Shown in pieces: positions 10,028 through 19,841 of a DNA stretch of 64,000 bases. The notes below the pieces were generated by a model, which searched no databases, was not told the DNA's origin, and saw only the letters and a list, made by a program, of their open reading frames with translations. The first letter of the stretch is position 1. The number at the start of each line of letters is the position of its first letter. This DNA comes from an uncultured Bacilli bacterium (GTDB lineage Bacteria; Bacillota_I; Bacilli_A; RFN20; CAG-826), in NCBI GenBank assembly GCA_934725985.1, contig CAKVCX010000001.1:365910-429909 (forward strand), read 5' to 3'. Position numbers and translations under genes: made by a program.

Positions 10028-12633
10028 TTTTTTACCTCCGGAATCTGCATGGTTATGCAATGTATGTTCCCCCCTCCTAATAAAATTTCCCTTGTATTGA
10101 TTTGATGAATTTTTTTCTTCGGGAACAAGGAAGAGAATAATTTATATGCCTCTTCGTCTTCTTCAACTCCAAAAGAGGGAAGAATAACAAAATTCTTTCC
10201 TTGATAGAAATTTACATAAGATGCAGAAAGCCTATCTGAATTATTCCTTGGCTTAGCATCAAATTTGTCTTTAGCAATTCCTTTTGCCTCTTCTGCACTC
10301 ATATATAAAGGAGGGTTTGGCAACATAGATTTATAGATCTCAAAATGTTTTCCTCTAGCGTCAGTCGCACCAAGTAAGGCTTGATATGTCAATTGGCAAT
10401 ACTCATATTGAGGATCGTTTTTATCATTTGTCCATGCCATCACTAAAACACCAGGTTTAACAAAGGCTACCATGTTATCTATATGTTCATTAGTTTCATC
10501 CATATAAATACCATGAGGAACCCAAATTATTTTCTCTAGAGATAAATATTCCTTCAATGTCTCTTCAATTTCTTCTTTTCTTAAAGTGGGGTTCCTTCCT
10601 TTTGAAAGCAAACAAGCTTCCGTGACAATGGCCGTACCTTTTCCATCAAAGGCAATTGAACCGCCTTCAAAAACAAAAGAAGGTAAACGATAATCTTGTA
10701 TTTTGTATTTTTTATCGAAAATAGAAGTTAATTTATCATCGTCATGGTAATTAGAATAAAGTCCATCGACTTCTCCTCCCCAAGCATTAAATCTAAAATC
10801 AACTCCACGAATATTCTTCCCATTTGTTAGGTAAATACCCATGTTGTCCCTAGCCCAAGAATCGTTATATCTGATTTTTAAGATTTCAACATTCCTAATA
10901 TTCTTATAAGTCGGGGCAACACTAGCATAAATAGAAGGATGGATCCCCACTATGACTTTTTCATGTTTTGCTATAGCTAAAATTACTTCTTTAAAGTTTT
11001 GTTGTGCAAAAGAAGCGTGGTTTCTCCAAGTGTCTTTTCTATACGGAATTAAAATTACAGTTGCTTTATGCTTATCGCCTTCAAAAGGCAATTTATAGCC
11101 ATCATTTGAAGGGGTGGTTTTTCTAGTCTCTTGGTATTCAATTAATCTTTTTGAATAAATTGAATATTTTTTCCATTTTTCAACGTCTACAATTTCAAAG
11201 CCATCTGGATAATTGCTTAAAATTGTTATACCCGATGATTTATAGAATTTAACCCTATCAATTAATTCTTTTGTCCAAACTTCTCCAGGGATAATCAAAG
11301 GAATGCCTGGTGGATAAATCATAACCATCTCTTTTGAAATCATCCCAAGACAATTATCTATTTTTGCTATTTTGCCATCTGCATGAAAGGCAACGCGTGG
11401 ACGAAGAAGCATAAAAGGGAATGAAGAATCAAAATGATGGTCGGTATAGATTATATTGGAATGGTAATGTTTCTTAGACAATTCTTTTAAAGCAAAGATA
11501 AGTTTATCGACATGTTCTTTTTTTGTTCCAATAGCAAAAATGCAAAGAACGGCATAAGTCTCCGCCAACTCAAGTTGTATGTCGTAATCCTTTTTGATTT
11601 CGTAATAAAGCTGAAAGCCATCTATATCTAGCTTATCTAGGCCAATTACCAATTTGGACTGATCATAATCAAATGAACCATGTTCTAAAAAATGTTTTTT
11701 ATCTTCTACTATAAATCCCGGTATTTTATCAATCTCTTCTTTTGCATATTCGGCCAATTCATAGACTCTTTCCTGAGCTTGTTTTCCTTTTGTTGCCATA
11801 AAGCTTCTTGCCCCATCTAAAGAAGCCATAAGTATCATTGAAGGAGAAGTCGTATTAATAATATTTAAAGATTTTTGAACATCATATCTAGAAAACATCT
11901 TTCCTTTTAATAGCAAAGCGGAAGTTTGGGTTAAAGAACCGGCTGTTTTATGAATAGAAACGCTAGACATATCTGCCCCGGCATCCATTGCACTAATAGG
12001 GGAATTTTTTGCATGGAAATAATAATGGGCTCCATGGGCTTCATCAACTAAAACAGCCATGTTGTGTTCATGGGCAATAGTAACAATAGATTTTAAGTCA
12101 GAAACAGACCCAAAATAAGTCGGGTTTATTACAAAAACCGCTTTAGCAGAAGGGTGCTTTAGAATCGCTTTTTTAAACTCTTCTACAGAAGGTTGATTAG
12201 CGATCTCTAAATCATTATCAATTTCAGGCATTACAAAAACAGGGATGGCGCCACTTAAAACCAACGCATTTATTATTGATTTATGGACATTACGAGGGAG
12301 TATTATTTTTTCTCCTGCTTTAACTGCAGTTAAAATCATTGCAATGATGCCAGAAGAGGTGCCGTTTATTAAAAAGAAAGCATCGTCGGCATTAGTTGCC
12401 TCTGCTAATAACTTTTCGGATTGAAGAAGCGGTCCCTTAGGCTTAGCTAAATTGTCCGTGCCTATTGGGGCGTTAATATCAAGGCGATAAAGTTTCTTTC
12501 CTAATAGGCGAGTAGCTTTATTATCTATGTTGCCCATGTGATGGCCAGGAACGTCAAAAGGAACAACATCTTTCCTTACGTATTTTTTAATGCAATCTAT
12601 GAAAGGGGTTCTTCTTTGATCTAGTTTATTCAT
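10024..12633 (-). CDS. fused arginine decarboxylase (Orn/Lys/Arg decarboxylase family, SpeA-type) / agmatine deiminase (AguA)
   Basis: N-terminal half aligns with B. subtilis SpeA (PFDVPGHH…, IILPRNVHKSIINALVLSGAIPVF, SIHKTAGSLTQTS PLP-lysine). C-terminal ~370 aa is an agmatine deiminase/PAD_porph domain ending in GGGNIHCITMQIP with a catalytic Cys. Single 869-aa ORF with no internal stop. Confidence 0.8.
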   Translation of the reverse strand: MNKLDQRRTPFIDCIKKYVRKDVVPFDVPGHHMGNIDNKATRLLGKKLYRLDINAPIGTDNLAKPKGPLLQSEKLLAEATNADDAFFLINGTSSGIIAMILTAVKAGEKIILPRNVHKSIINALVLSGAIPVFVMPEIDNDLEIANQPSVEEFKKAILKHPSAKAVFVINPTYFGSVSDLKSIVTIAHEHNMAVLVDEAHGAHYYFHAKNSPISAMDAGADMSSVSIHKTAGSLTQTSALLLKGKMFSRYDVQKSLNIINTTSPSMILMASLDGARSFMATKGKQAQERVYELAEYAKEEIDKIPGFIVEDKKHFLEHGSFDYDQSKLVIGLDKLDIDGFQLYYEIKKDYDIQLELAETYAVLCIFAIGTKKEHVDKLIFALKELSKKHYHSNIIYTDHHFDSSFPFMLLRPRVAFHADGKIAKIDNCLGMISKEMVMIYPPGIPLIIPGEVWTKELIDRVKFYKSSGITILSNYPDGFEIVDVEKWKKYSIYSKRLIEYQETRKTTPSNDGYKLPFEGDKHKATVILIPYRKDTWRNHASFAQQNFKEVILAIAKHEKVIVGIHPSIYASVAPTYKNIRNVEILKIRYNDSWARDNMGIYLTNGKNIRGVDFRFNAWGGEVDGLYSNYHDDDKLTSIFDKKYKIQDYRLPSFVFEGGSIAFDGKGTAIVTEACLLSKGRNPTLRKEEIEETLKEYLSLEKIIWVPHGIYMDETNEHIDNMVAFVKPGVLVMAWTNDKNDPQYEYCQLTYQALLGATDARGKHFEIYKSMLPNPPLYMSAEEAKGIAKDKFDAKPRNNSDRLSASYVNFYQGKNFVILPSFGVEEDEEAYKLFSSLFPKKKIHQINTREILLGGGNIHCITMQIPEVKK

Positions 12634-12690
12634 AACGACAAAAGTCTACTATTAATTATATTGATAAGTTAGATATTTTTTAATTTTGTT

Positions 12691-13475
12691 TTACCTTAAA
12701 ATTTTTAAATGCAGAAGCGCTTTTGTAATCCCGTCATTTTCCACATTGCTCGTAACATAATTAGCCACCTTTTTCACCTCTTCTTTGCCATTTCCCATGC
12801 AAACAAATATCCCAGTAGCCATAGACATAGAAATATCTTGTATGTCATCGCCAAACGATATGGATTCTTCTTTCTTTATTTTTAGGTATGAAAGAACGCT
12901 ATTTATACCGTCACCTTTATTATGTTCCCCTCCATTAATATCAATGCCATAATCTGCGAATCTAAAATGGACTAAATGCGGAAATTTTTCTTTTAGTTCC
13001 TTATCAATACTAGAGGGAGCATATATAAAAGGGTTCCTAATACCTCTTCGTTTTTAAATGGATGAATACTTTTGCATTCATCATGAAATATTTCTTGATA
13101 CAAATAATAATAATCATTCGGTTCTTTAATAAGAAAACGGTCCCACGGGGTCACTAATTGCATTGTTAGATTCTTACTTAAAGCAAAAGAAATTAAAGAA
13201 GAAACATCTTTCTTTTTCATTGTTAGTTTTCTCGTTACAATCGTTTTATTTAAGCAAGCGAAAGCGCCAGCTGAAGAAATGAAACCATCCCAATCTATCC
13301 CTAAGGAGAACACGCCGAATTCATAAAGGCTTTTTGTGTTCCTAGCCGTACAAATAAATACTTTAACGCCTTGTTCTTGTAATCTTTTAATAGACGTTAA
13401 AGACGAAGGAATAAACCTATTGGAATTATGATCAAACAAAGTCCAGTCAACATCAAAAAAAGCGGCCTTAATCAT
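12691..13475 (-). pseudogene. Cof-type HAD phosphatase, frameshifted (N-terminal part 12993-13475, C-terminal part 12691-13020 in another frame)
   Basis: N-terminal ORF has the FFDVDWTL (DxDxT) motif. The C-terminal HAD part (…KGDGINSVLSYLKIKKEESISFGDDIQD…) is open in a different frame; the shift lies near 13020-13045. Confidence 0.5.
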
Positions 13476-15174
13476 CGTTTTTAAACCTTAATTTCTGATT
13501 TAATTCGTTCATTAAACCAGGATCTACTTTAATAATGTTTCTATTAAAGCTAATAAGCCCATTAATTTCGCCTTCAACATCAGAAAGTTGAGTATAAATG
13601 GCAATACTTAGCCCATACTTTTCTTTGCATGGAATAACTTCTTTTTCATACACGTCTTTAATCTTTTTATTAAACTGCTCTTTATTTTTGCATTTTCCAT
13701 ACCCAAAGCTTCTTTTTAAAAGATTACTTACCTGGTAAGAATAACCGCCGAATTCAGTCAAAGATAACACCCTTTCATCCTTGCTTTTTATCTTTATCTT
13801 CCTAAAGTAAACATGTTTAGAATTAAAATCACCACATCCTTGATCATACCAACCAGAATTTGAATCCAAAAGTCTTCCATTTAAGTACTCTTTTGCAATT
13901 TTGCTAAGACGAATGGAGTCAAATTGGCCCCAGCCTTCATTAAAAAGAGTAAATATAGCAATGCATGTTTGGTTAGAAAAATAAGTTAAATAAGGTATTA
14001 ATTGCTTTTCAAAATATTGTCTTGATTCCTTACTTTTTCTACCAAGCAAAGAATATGTTTTAGTATCTATAAACTTATAAGGGATAAAAGGCGCGGTTTT
14101 AATAAGAAAATCTTTGTACTTATATCCACTGTTAACGAAATCTTGCATAACAATCATTCCTAATTTATCGCATAGATAATAAAAACGATTTAGCTCCACT
14201 TTAATGTGTTTTCTTAAGCAATTAAATCCTAATGATTTCAAAAAAGTAATGTCTTTTTCATAATCAAAATATGAAGAAGGCGTCAAGTCACCGCCAGGAA
14301 AATAGCCTTGGTCTAATACGCCGCTACAAAAATATGGATTATTGTTTAAAGCAAAAACATTATGTCCTTTAAAGGAAACAATAGAAAATTTCCTAAAACC
14401 AAAAGAAGAAAAAACCTCATCCTCTTTACTAAAGAATCTTAAAGTATATAAAATGGGCGATTCCGGGCTCCAAGGGTAGAAAAAAGAGGAACAATCAATA
14501 CAGGCATCCCCTTTTTTAGAAAAAGAGGAGACCGCTAAGACAATATCATCTTTAATAATTTCTACTTTAGCCTCTTCGCAATTCCCTTCATAAGAAAGAG
14601 TTACTTTTAATTTCTTTTTATCAAAGTCCTGATTTAGTTTAATACTTTTTATCATTTTATCAGGGACTGCTTCTATATAAATTGGTCCGTAAACACCACT
14701 AGTTGGAGTATACCAAATGCCTTTTGGTTTATTTGATTGTTTTCCCCGTGGAAAAATAGGAGAATCCGTGTCATCTCTACACACAAGCTCAATTTCATTT
14801 TTTCCTTCACATTTCCCTAGATCAAATTGAAAAGGCATATAACCGCCAAAATGCGAACCTATTAGCTTTTTGTTAAAATAAACAAAAGCTATCTGATCTA
14901 CTTTCTCAAAATGCAATATTAAGCGTTTACCTTCATATTCTTTTGGAACAACAAACTCTTTTCTATAATGCAAAATAGATTTTTTGTTAACATGTTTTTT
15001 TATTTTTGATAAATCTGACTCAACAGAAAAAGGGACTACTATTTTTTCATTATAGGAAGAAGGTAAATGTTTATCTTCATTTAGAATAAAATCCCAATCC
15101 CCATTTAATGAAAAATAAGACTTCCTTTCAAAATATGGATTAGGGTGTTCATTTAATGGTAATTCGTTTTGCAT
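13468..15174 (-). CDS. glycoside hydrolase family 2 protein
   Basis: N-terminal NEHPNPYFER…SLNGDWDF sugar-binding domain signature and TIM-barrel region with NEGWG acid/base-like motif. Confidence 0.6.
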   Translation of the reverse strand: MQNELPLNEHPNPYFERKSYFSLNGDWDFILNEDKHLPSSYNEKIVVPFSVESDLSKIKKHVNKKSILHYRKEFVVPKEYEGKRLILHFEKVDQIAFVYFNKKLIGSHFGGYMPFQFDLGKCEGKNEIELVCRDDTDSPIFPRGKQSNKPKGIWYTPTSGVYGPIYIEAVPDKMIKSIKLNQDFDKKKLKVTLSYEGNCEEAKVEIIKDDIVLAVSSFSKKGDACIDCSSFFYPWSPESPILYTLRFFSKEDEVFSSFGFRKFSIVSFKGHNVFALNNNPYFCSGVLDQGYFPGGDLTPSSYFDYEKDITFLKSLGFNCLRKHIKVELNRFYYLCDKLGMIVMQDFVNSGYKYKDFLIKTAPFIPYKFIDTKTYSLLGRKSKESRQYFEKQLIPYLTYFSNQTCIAIFTLFNEGWGQFDSIRLSKIAKEYLNGRLLDSNSGWYDQGCGDFNSKHVYFRKIKIKSKDERVLSLTEFGGYSYQVSNLLKRSFGYGKCKNKEQFNKKIKDVYEKEVIPCKEKYGLSIAIYTQLSDVEGEINGLISFNRNIIKVDPGLMNELNQKLRFKNDD

Positions 15175-15228
15175 GGAACTATTTTACCAAAGTATAGAAA
15201 CTATTTGAGGTGGTATAATAAATTCGTT

Positions 15229-16416
15229 ATGGAAATTAAATCAATTCAAGACAAATTAGCAAACAAAAATGTCGATGGTTATTTATTAATTGATTACGAA
15301 AGCAAAAATAAAGTCTTAGTTTCTTTGCTAGGCGAAAAAATGCTGACAAGAAAAATAATCGCTTTTATCCCAAAAGAAGGCAAAGGAACTTTAATTGCTC
15401 ATTTTATTGATACAGTATATTTAAAAGATAAAGAAACTTTAGCCCAATTTAATTTATTAATTTATAAAACTTGGCAAGAACTATTAGATTTAGAACAAAA
15501 GCTTCTTTTAAACAAATCCAAAATAATGATGGATATTTCTAACAATGGCTTATTAATGCGGATTGCCAAGGCCGATTATGGATCTGTTGAATACATTAAA
15601 TCGCTAGGAGTAGAAGTCATTTCTTCGGGTGATTTATTGCAATCATTAACATCCGTATTAAGCGATGACCAATACAAAGAAGAATTAGATGCATGCAGAA
15701 AAACCCTGCAAATCAAAAACGAAGCATTCAAATTAATAAAACTTGAAATAGAAGAATTTAAAGAGACAAACGAATATAAAATTCAATCTTTTATAGCTAA
15801 ACGTTTTCATGAAGAAGGCATGGTTTATGACGACTTACCTTTAGTTGCAAATGGGAAAAACGCCTCAAATCCACATTATTCTCCAAACCAAGGAAATTAC
15901 GGATTAATTAAAAAAGGAGACTTAGTCCTAATTGACATGTGGGCAAAAAATAACAACAAAAATGGGGTATATGCCGACATTACTTGGATGGGATATGTGG
16001 GAGTTGATGTCCCAAAGATATATAAAGATAGGTTTGCAATAATTAAAAATGCTAGAAATGAAGTTATTTCTTTTTTAAGCAAAGAACTAAAAAAAAGAAA
16101 AGTATATGCCTATGAAGCAGATGATGTAGCAAGAAAAATTATAGAGCAAGCAGGCTATGGAGATTATTTCTTACATAGAGTTGGCCATAATATTGCAGTA
16201 GATGTATCTCCTCATGGCCCGGGTGCAAATTTAGATAATTACGAAACACATGACGATAGGTCATTAATGGAAGGCACTAGTTTTTCTGATGAACCCGGTA
16301 TCTATGCACCCGATTTTGGCATGCGAACCGAAACAAACCTACACATAAAAAATAACCAGTTAATCGTTGTGGCTGGGTTGCAAGATGAAATAATACCAAT
16401 TATGAAAATTAAATAG
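15229..16416 (+). CDS. M24 family metallopeptidase (Xaa-Pro aminopeptidase/dipeptidase-like)
   Basis: HRVGHNIAVDVSPHGPG and the Asp/Glu metal ligands of the pita-bread fold. Start taken at ATG 15229 (MEIKSIQDKL…) rather than the TTG at 15169, which overlaps the divergent GH2 start. Confidence 0.75.
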   Translation: MEIKSIQDKLANKNVDGYLLIDYESKNKVLVSLLGEKMLTRKIIAFIPKEGKGTLIAHFIDTVYLKDKETLAQFNLLIYKTWQELLDLEQKLLLNKSKIMMDISNNGLLMRIAKADYGSVEYIKSLGVEVISSGDLLQSLTSVLSDDQYKEELDACRKTLQIKNEAFKLIKLEIEEFKETNEYKIQSFIAKRFHEEGMVYDDLPLVANGKNASNPHYSPNQGNYGLIKKGDLVLIDMWAKNNNKNGVYADITWMGYVGVDVPKIYKDRFAIIKNARNEVISFLSKELKKRKVYAYEADDVARKIIEQAGYGDYFLHRVGHNIAVDVSPHGPGANLDNYETHDDRSLMEGTSFSDEPGIYAPDFGMRTETNLHIKNNQLIVVAGLQDEIIPIMKIK

Positions 16417-16669
16417 TCATCCTATCGATTAATTTTTTAATTTCATCTATCTTTTCTTCTACTTCAGAAGAAGGGCATTCTCTAAAACAATTGGTTAAGT
16501 GGGCACTTAAAATTTCTGTATTTGCCTTTTTAAGCAAAGAAATAGTTGCTAGAATTTGGTTCGAAACATCTACGCAATATTCATCATTTTCAATCATTTT
16601 TAAAACGCCATCTAGTTGTCCTCTAGCGATTTGGATATAGCGCGATATTTGTTTATGATTCGCTTTCAT
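16409..16669 (-). CDS. csoR: CsoR/RcnR family metal-sensing transcriptional repressor
   Basis: 86 aa with conserved Cys (YCVD) / His / Cys (CFREC) metal-ligand pattern of copper-sensing CsoR; last gene of the cop operon. Confidence 0.7.
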   Translation of the reverse strand: MKANHKQISRYIQIARGQLDGVLKMIENDEYCVDVSNQILATISLLKKANTEILSAHLTNCFRECPSSEVEEKIDEIKKLIDRMTI

Positions 16670-16893
16670 TATTTAACTTCTTCGACTTTGTAGCCAACTT
16701 CTTCTATGGCTTTTTTAATTCTTCCTTCATTGATTCCAGATTTAGATTTTATGACGGCTTTTTTGCTTTCCAAGCTAACATGAGCGGATTTGACTCCTTC
16801 AATATTTTTTAAAGCTTCCTCGGCATGGCAAGCGCAATGTTGGCACTTCATGCCTTCAATTTTAATAATTTGTTTAACTCCACCGAATAACAT
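16669..16893 (-). CDS. copZ: copper chaperone CopZ (HMA domain)
   Basis: GMKCQHC metal-binding motif. Start taken at ATG 16893 (9 nt after GGAGAG), not at 16899. Confidence 0.85.
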   Translation of the reverse strand: MLFGGVKQIIKIEGMKCQHCACHAEEALKNIEGVKSAHVSLESKKAVIKSKSGINEGRIKKAIEEVGYKVEEVK

Positions 16894-16906
16894 ATTCATA
16901 CTCTCC

Positions 16907-19210
16907 TTACTTTTTCTTAAATAATTTTATCCTTAAAGCATTGCAAACGACCGTAATTGAAGAAAAAGACATAACCAAAGAGGCAATCATCGGAGTCAAT
17001 ACTAAGTGGTTTTGACTGCCGGTAAACCAATTCGGATCTACCTTAACCCAATATAAAAGGCCAGCGGCTAAAGGAATCAAAATAATGTTATATAAAAACG
17101 CCCATAACAAATTTTCTTTTATGGTCTTATTTACTTTTTTGCTTAAAGAAATTGCAAAAGGCACATCTTCATTTGAATCATTCATCAAAACAATATCGGA
17201 ACTGTTTTTTGCTACATCTGTCCCGGAACCAACAGAAGCCCCAACATCTGCCTTTGCTAAAGAAGGCGCATCATTAACCCCGTCGCCAACCATAAGCACT
17301 TTTCTCCCCGCTTCTTGCAGCTTTGCTATTATCTCTTCTTTTTGGTTTGGCAAAACATTTGAATACACTTCATCGATACCAATTTTTCTAGCAATACATT
17401 TTGCAGTTAAGGGGTTATCTCCAGTAAGCATAACGACTCTTTTCCCCATTTTCTTTAATGTAGAAACTGCGCTTATCGAATCCTCTTTTAAGGTATCTCC
17501 GATAGATATTAAACCAATTAAATGTTTATTTAAAGCCACATATAAAACCGTATAGCCTAGACTAGATAGCTCTTTCTCGTCCTTTTTAGCAAAACCATAG
17601 TCTATACAATTTTCATCCATTAAAGTCGCATTCCCTATTAACGCATTAGAAGAAATAACTCCTTTCCCCGAAGCATAGTTGCATTGCAAGCTAGAAGTAA
17701 ATTCAATTTTTTTGCTTTTAGCAAAAGAAACTATAGCCCTTGCCAAAGGATGCTCGGATTTACTTTCTAGTTCAGAGGCTATTTTTAAAAGCGAATCCTC
17801 TTCAACTCCAAAAGGTTTAATGTTAACAACTGTCATTTCCCCTTTTGTTAAAGTACCTGTTTTATCAAAAACGACTGTATCAACCTTGCTTAGCCTTTCG
17901 AAAGCTTCAGCTGAACGAACAAGTACTCCATATTCTGCACCTTTCCCAGTTCCCACCATTATCGATACAGGCGTAGCAAGTCCTAAAGCGCAAGGACAAG
18001 AAATTACCAGAACCGATATAGCAAGTTGGAAAGCCAAATTAACGTGATTAGAATTATCCTTAATAACACCTGAATAACCTAGAGAAATCCAAACAATAAA
18101 GGTAATCAAAGAAAGAATCATTACAGTTGGAACAAATATTAAAGAAATTTTGTCAACCAATCTTGAAATTGGCGCTTTCGATTGACTTGCCTCTTTAACT
18201 AAGTCAATTATTTGAGACATAACCATATCTTTTCCCACCGAAGTTGCTTTAAATTCAAAACTACCTTCTTTATTTAAAGTAGCTCCAACAACTTTATCGT
18301 TTTTCTCCTTTTTAATTAACTTTGATTCGCCGGTTAAGGAAGATTCATCTACGTGAGAAAAACCATTCAAGACAATTCCATCACAAGGTATTGTTTGCCC
18401 TGGCTTAACGACTACTATATCGCCATCTTTTAATTCACTAGATTGTATTTCTATTTGTTTATCATTCTTTTTTATAGTTGCTACATCTGGCAATAGTTCT
18501 ATTAAAGAAGCAATAGTAGAAGACGTCTTTAAAGTTGCTTTTTCCTCTAAATATTTTCCTAACCCCACAATCGTTGGAATCATCGCACCAGATTCAATAT
18601 ATATATTCATTGCATTACTCATAACCATCATATGGTCATGACTAACTTCCCCAAAAATAGTCATAGCAAAGGAATAAATACCATAAGCAAGTGAAACGCT
18701 AGACCCTAAAGCAACTAGCGAGTCCATATTTGGATGAAAATGAAATAAACTCTTAAACCCAGAAGCAAAATGATTAAAATTCAAAACAACGATTGGAATA
18801 ATAAAGGCAAATTGGATGGCAATATCAATAATCATTATTTTGCCGTAATTAGGATCATCCATGGTCGGATAAGAAAAAATCATTGGGCCCATCGAAAAGA
18901 CCATTAAGCAAAGTAACAAGATTAAGCTTAAAAGAACCTTATTTCTTTTTTTCTTTAAAGAGACTTTTCTTTCTTTTTCAATAGCCTTTAAAGTTTTATT
19001 GACATATAAAGAGCAGGAATACCCCGCCTTAATAACAGCATCAATTATTTGAGTTTCAGTTACTATAGAATCATCAAAATCAACGTTCATGCTTTTGCCC
19101 AGCAAAGAAACGTTAACAGCATTTACTCCAGCTAATTTAGCTACAGCTCTAGTTACATTTGCTTGGCAGGCAGAGCAAGTCATACCGATAACATCAAATC
19201 TTTTGTTCAT
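16907..19210 (-). CDS. copA: copper-translocating P1B-type ATPase
   Basis: N-terminal HMA GMTCSACQ, CPC transmembrane motif (CPCALGLATP), DKTGTLT phosphorylation site, GDGVNDAP hinge. Confidence 0.9.
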   Translation of the reverse strand: MNKRFDVIGMTCSACQANVTRAVAKLAGVNAVNVSLLGKSMNVDFDDSIVTETQIIDAVIKAGYSCSLYVNKTLKAIEKERKVSLKKKRNKVLLSLILLLCLMVFSMGPMIFSYPTMDDPNYGKIMIIDIAIQFAFIIPIVVLNFNHFASGFKSLFHFHPNMDSLVALGSSVSLAYGIYSFAMTIFGEVSHDHMMVMSNAMNIYIESGAMIPTIVGLGKYLEEKATLKTSSTIASLIELLPDVATIKKNDKQIEIQSSELKDGDIVVVKPGQTIPCDGIVLNGFSHVDESSLTGESKLIKKEKNDKVVGATLNKEGSFEFKATSVGKDMVMSQIIDLVKEASQSKAPISRLVDKISLIFVPTVMILSLITFIVWISLGYSGVIKDNSNHVNLAFQLAISVLVISCPCALGLATPVSIMVGTGKGAEYGVLVRSAEAFERLSKVDTVVFDKTGTLTKGEMTVVNIKPFGVEEDSLLKIASELESKSEHPLARAIVSFAKSKKIEFTSSLQCNYASGKGVISSNALIGNATLMDENCIDYGFAKKDEKELSSLGYTVLYVALNKHLIGLISIGDTLKEDSISAVSTLKKMGKRVVMLTGDNPLTAKCIARKIGIDEVYSNVLPNQKEEIIAKLQEAGRKVLMVGDGVNDAPSLAKADVGASVGSGTDVAKNSSDIVLMNDSNEDVPFAISLSKKVNKTIKENLLWAFLYNIILIPLAAGLLYWVKVDPNWFTGSQNHLVLTPMIASLVMSFSSITVVCNALRIKLFKKK

Positions 19211-19264
19211 ATATATACCCCCTAGGGGTATCTATAGTTTAATTAACTTTTAGCTCATATGCAA

Positions 19265-19288
19265 CAAAAAAAGAGCGGTCTCCCGCCC
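19265..19288 (-). terminator. rho-independent terminator downstream of hsp20 (minus strand)
   Basis: GGGCGG-gaga-CCGCTC hairpin followed by a U7 run when read on the minus strand. Confidence 0.45.
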
Positions 19289-19314
19289 TTTTCTAACCTT
19301 ATCAATTAAAGTCT

Positions 19315-19743
19315 TTATTGAATAGCAATTTGATGCTTTTCTTCGACTTTTTTCGTATCTTGTTTTGGCAATTCAATTGACAAGACACCATCCTTATAAG
19401 AAGCATGGATGTCTTTTTCTTCGACATCACCTACATAATAACTACGAGTAGAAGATCCGGAGAAACGTTCCCTATGAACAAATGAAGATTTCTTCTCATT
19501 CTCATTATTAATAGAACGATTGACTTTAGCCGTAACGGTTAGATAACCATCTTTCAAACTTAGAGAGATATTGTTCTTTTCAAAACCAGGAAGATCAATA
19601 TCAAGAGTATAACTATTTTCATGCTCTTTGATATCCGTCTTCATGCTTAAGGAACCAAAGTTCCCAGAATTTATATCTTCAAAGAAATTGTCGAAGAATG
19701 GATCCAAGAAGTTTCCTGAATAACGACTTACATTATGTGACAT
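19315..19743 (-). CDS. Hsp20/alpha-crystallin small heat-shock protein
   Basis: Alpha-crystallin domain (…YTLDIDLPGF…GVLSIELPK). Start placed at ATG 19743 (GGAGG RBS 9 nt upstream); the ORF-track start at 19788 would put two CIRCE operators inside coding sequence. Confidence 0.8.
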   Translation of the reverse strand: MSHNVSRYSGNFLDPFFDNFFEDINSGNFGSLSMKTDIKEHENSYTLDIDLPGFEKNNISLSLKDGYLTVTAKVNRSINNENEKKSSFVHRERFSGSSTRSYYVGDVEEKDIHASYKDGVLSIELPKQDTKKVEEKHQIAIQ

Positions 19744-19768
19744 ACTAACTAAACCTCCTAATGGTTTT

Positions 19769-19795
19769 TTAGCACTCGCTAATTTCAAGTGCTAA
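19769..19795. promoter_or_regulatory. CIRCE operator (HrcA binding site) copy 1: TTAGCACTC-N9-aAGTGCTAA
   Basis: 8/9 + 9/9 match to the CIRCE consensus TTAGCACTC-N9-GAGTGCTAA, 26 nt upstream of the hsp20 ATG. Confidence 0.6.
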
Positions 19796-19814
19796 CTATA
19801 TATTATGCGGTTTT

Positions 19815-19841
19815 TTAGCAGTGTCAAGAGTAGAGTGCTAA
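19815..19841. promoter_or_regulatory. CIRCE operator copy 2: TTAGCAgTg-N9-GAGTGCTAA
   Basis: Second near-consensus CIRCE 46 nt upstream of copy 1; overlaps the stop codon of the upstream ybaK-like gene. Confidence 0.55.

Noticed and set aside
17085-18047. Plus-strand ORFs 17085-17555 and 17679-18047 inside copA
   Set aside because: Antisense to a strongly supported P-type ATPase gene; composition-driven spurious ORFs.
16409-19210. Gene order copA-copZ-csoR (repressor last) as an anomaly
   Set aside because: This order is unusual relative to the csoR-first arrangement, but all three are co-directional and contiguous. An operon with the repressor distal is plausible and not strong evidence of rearrangement.
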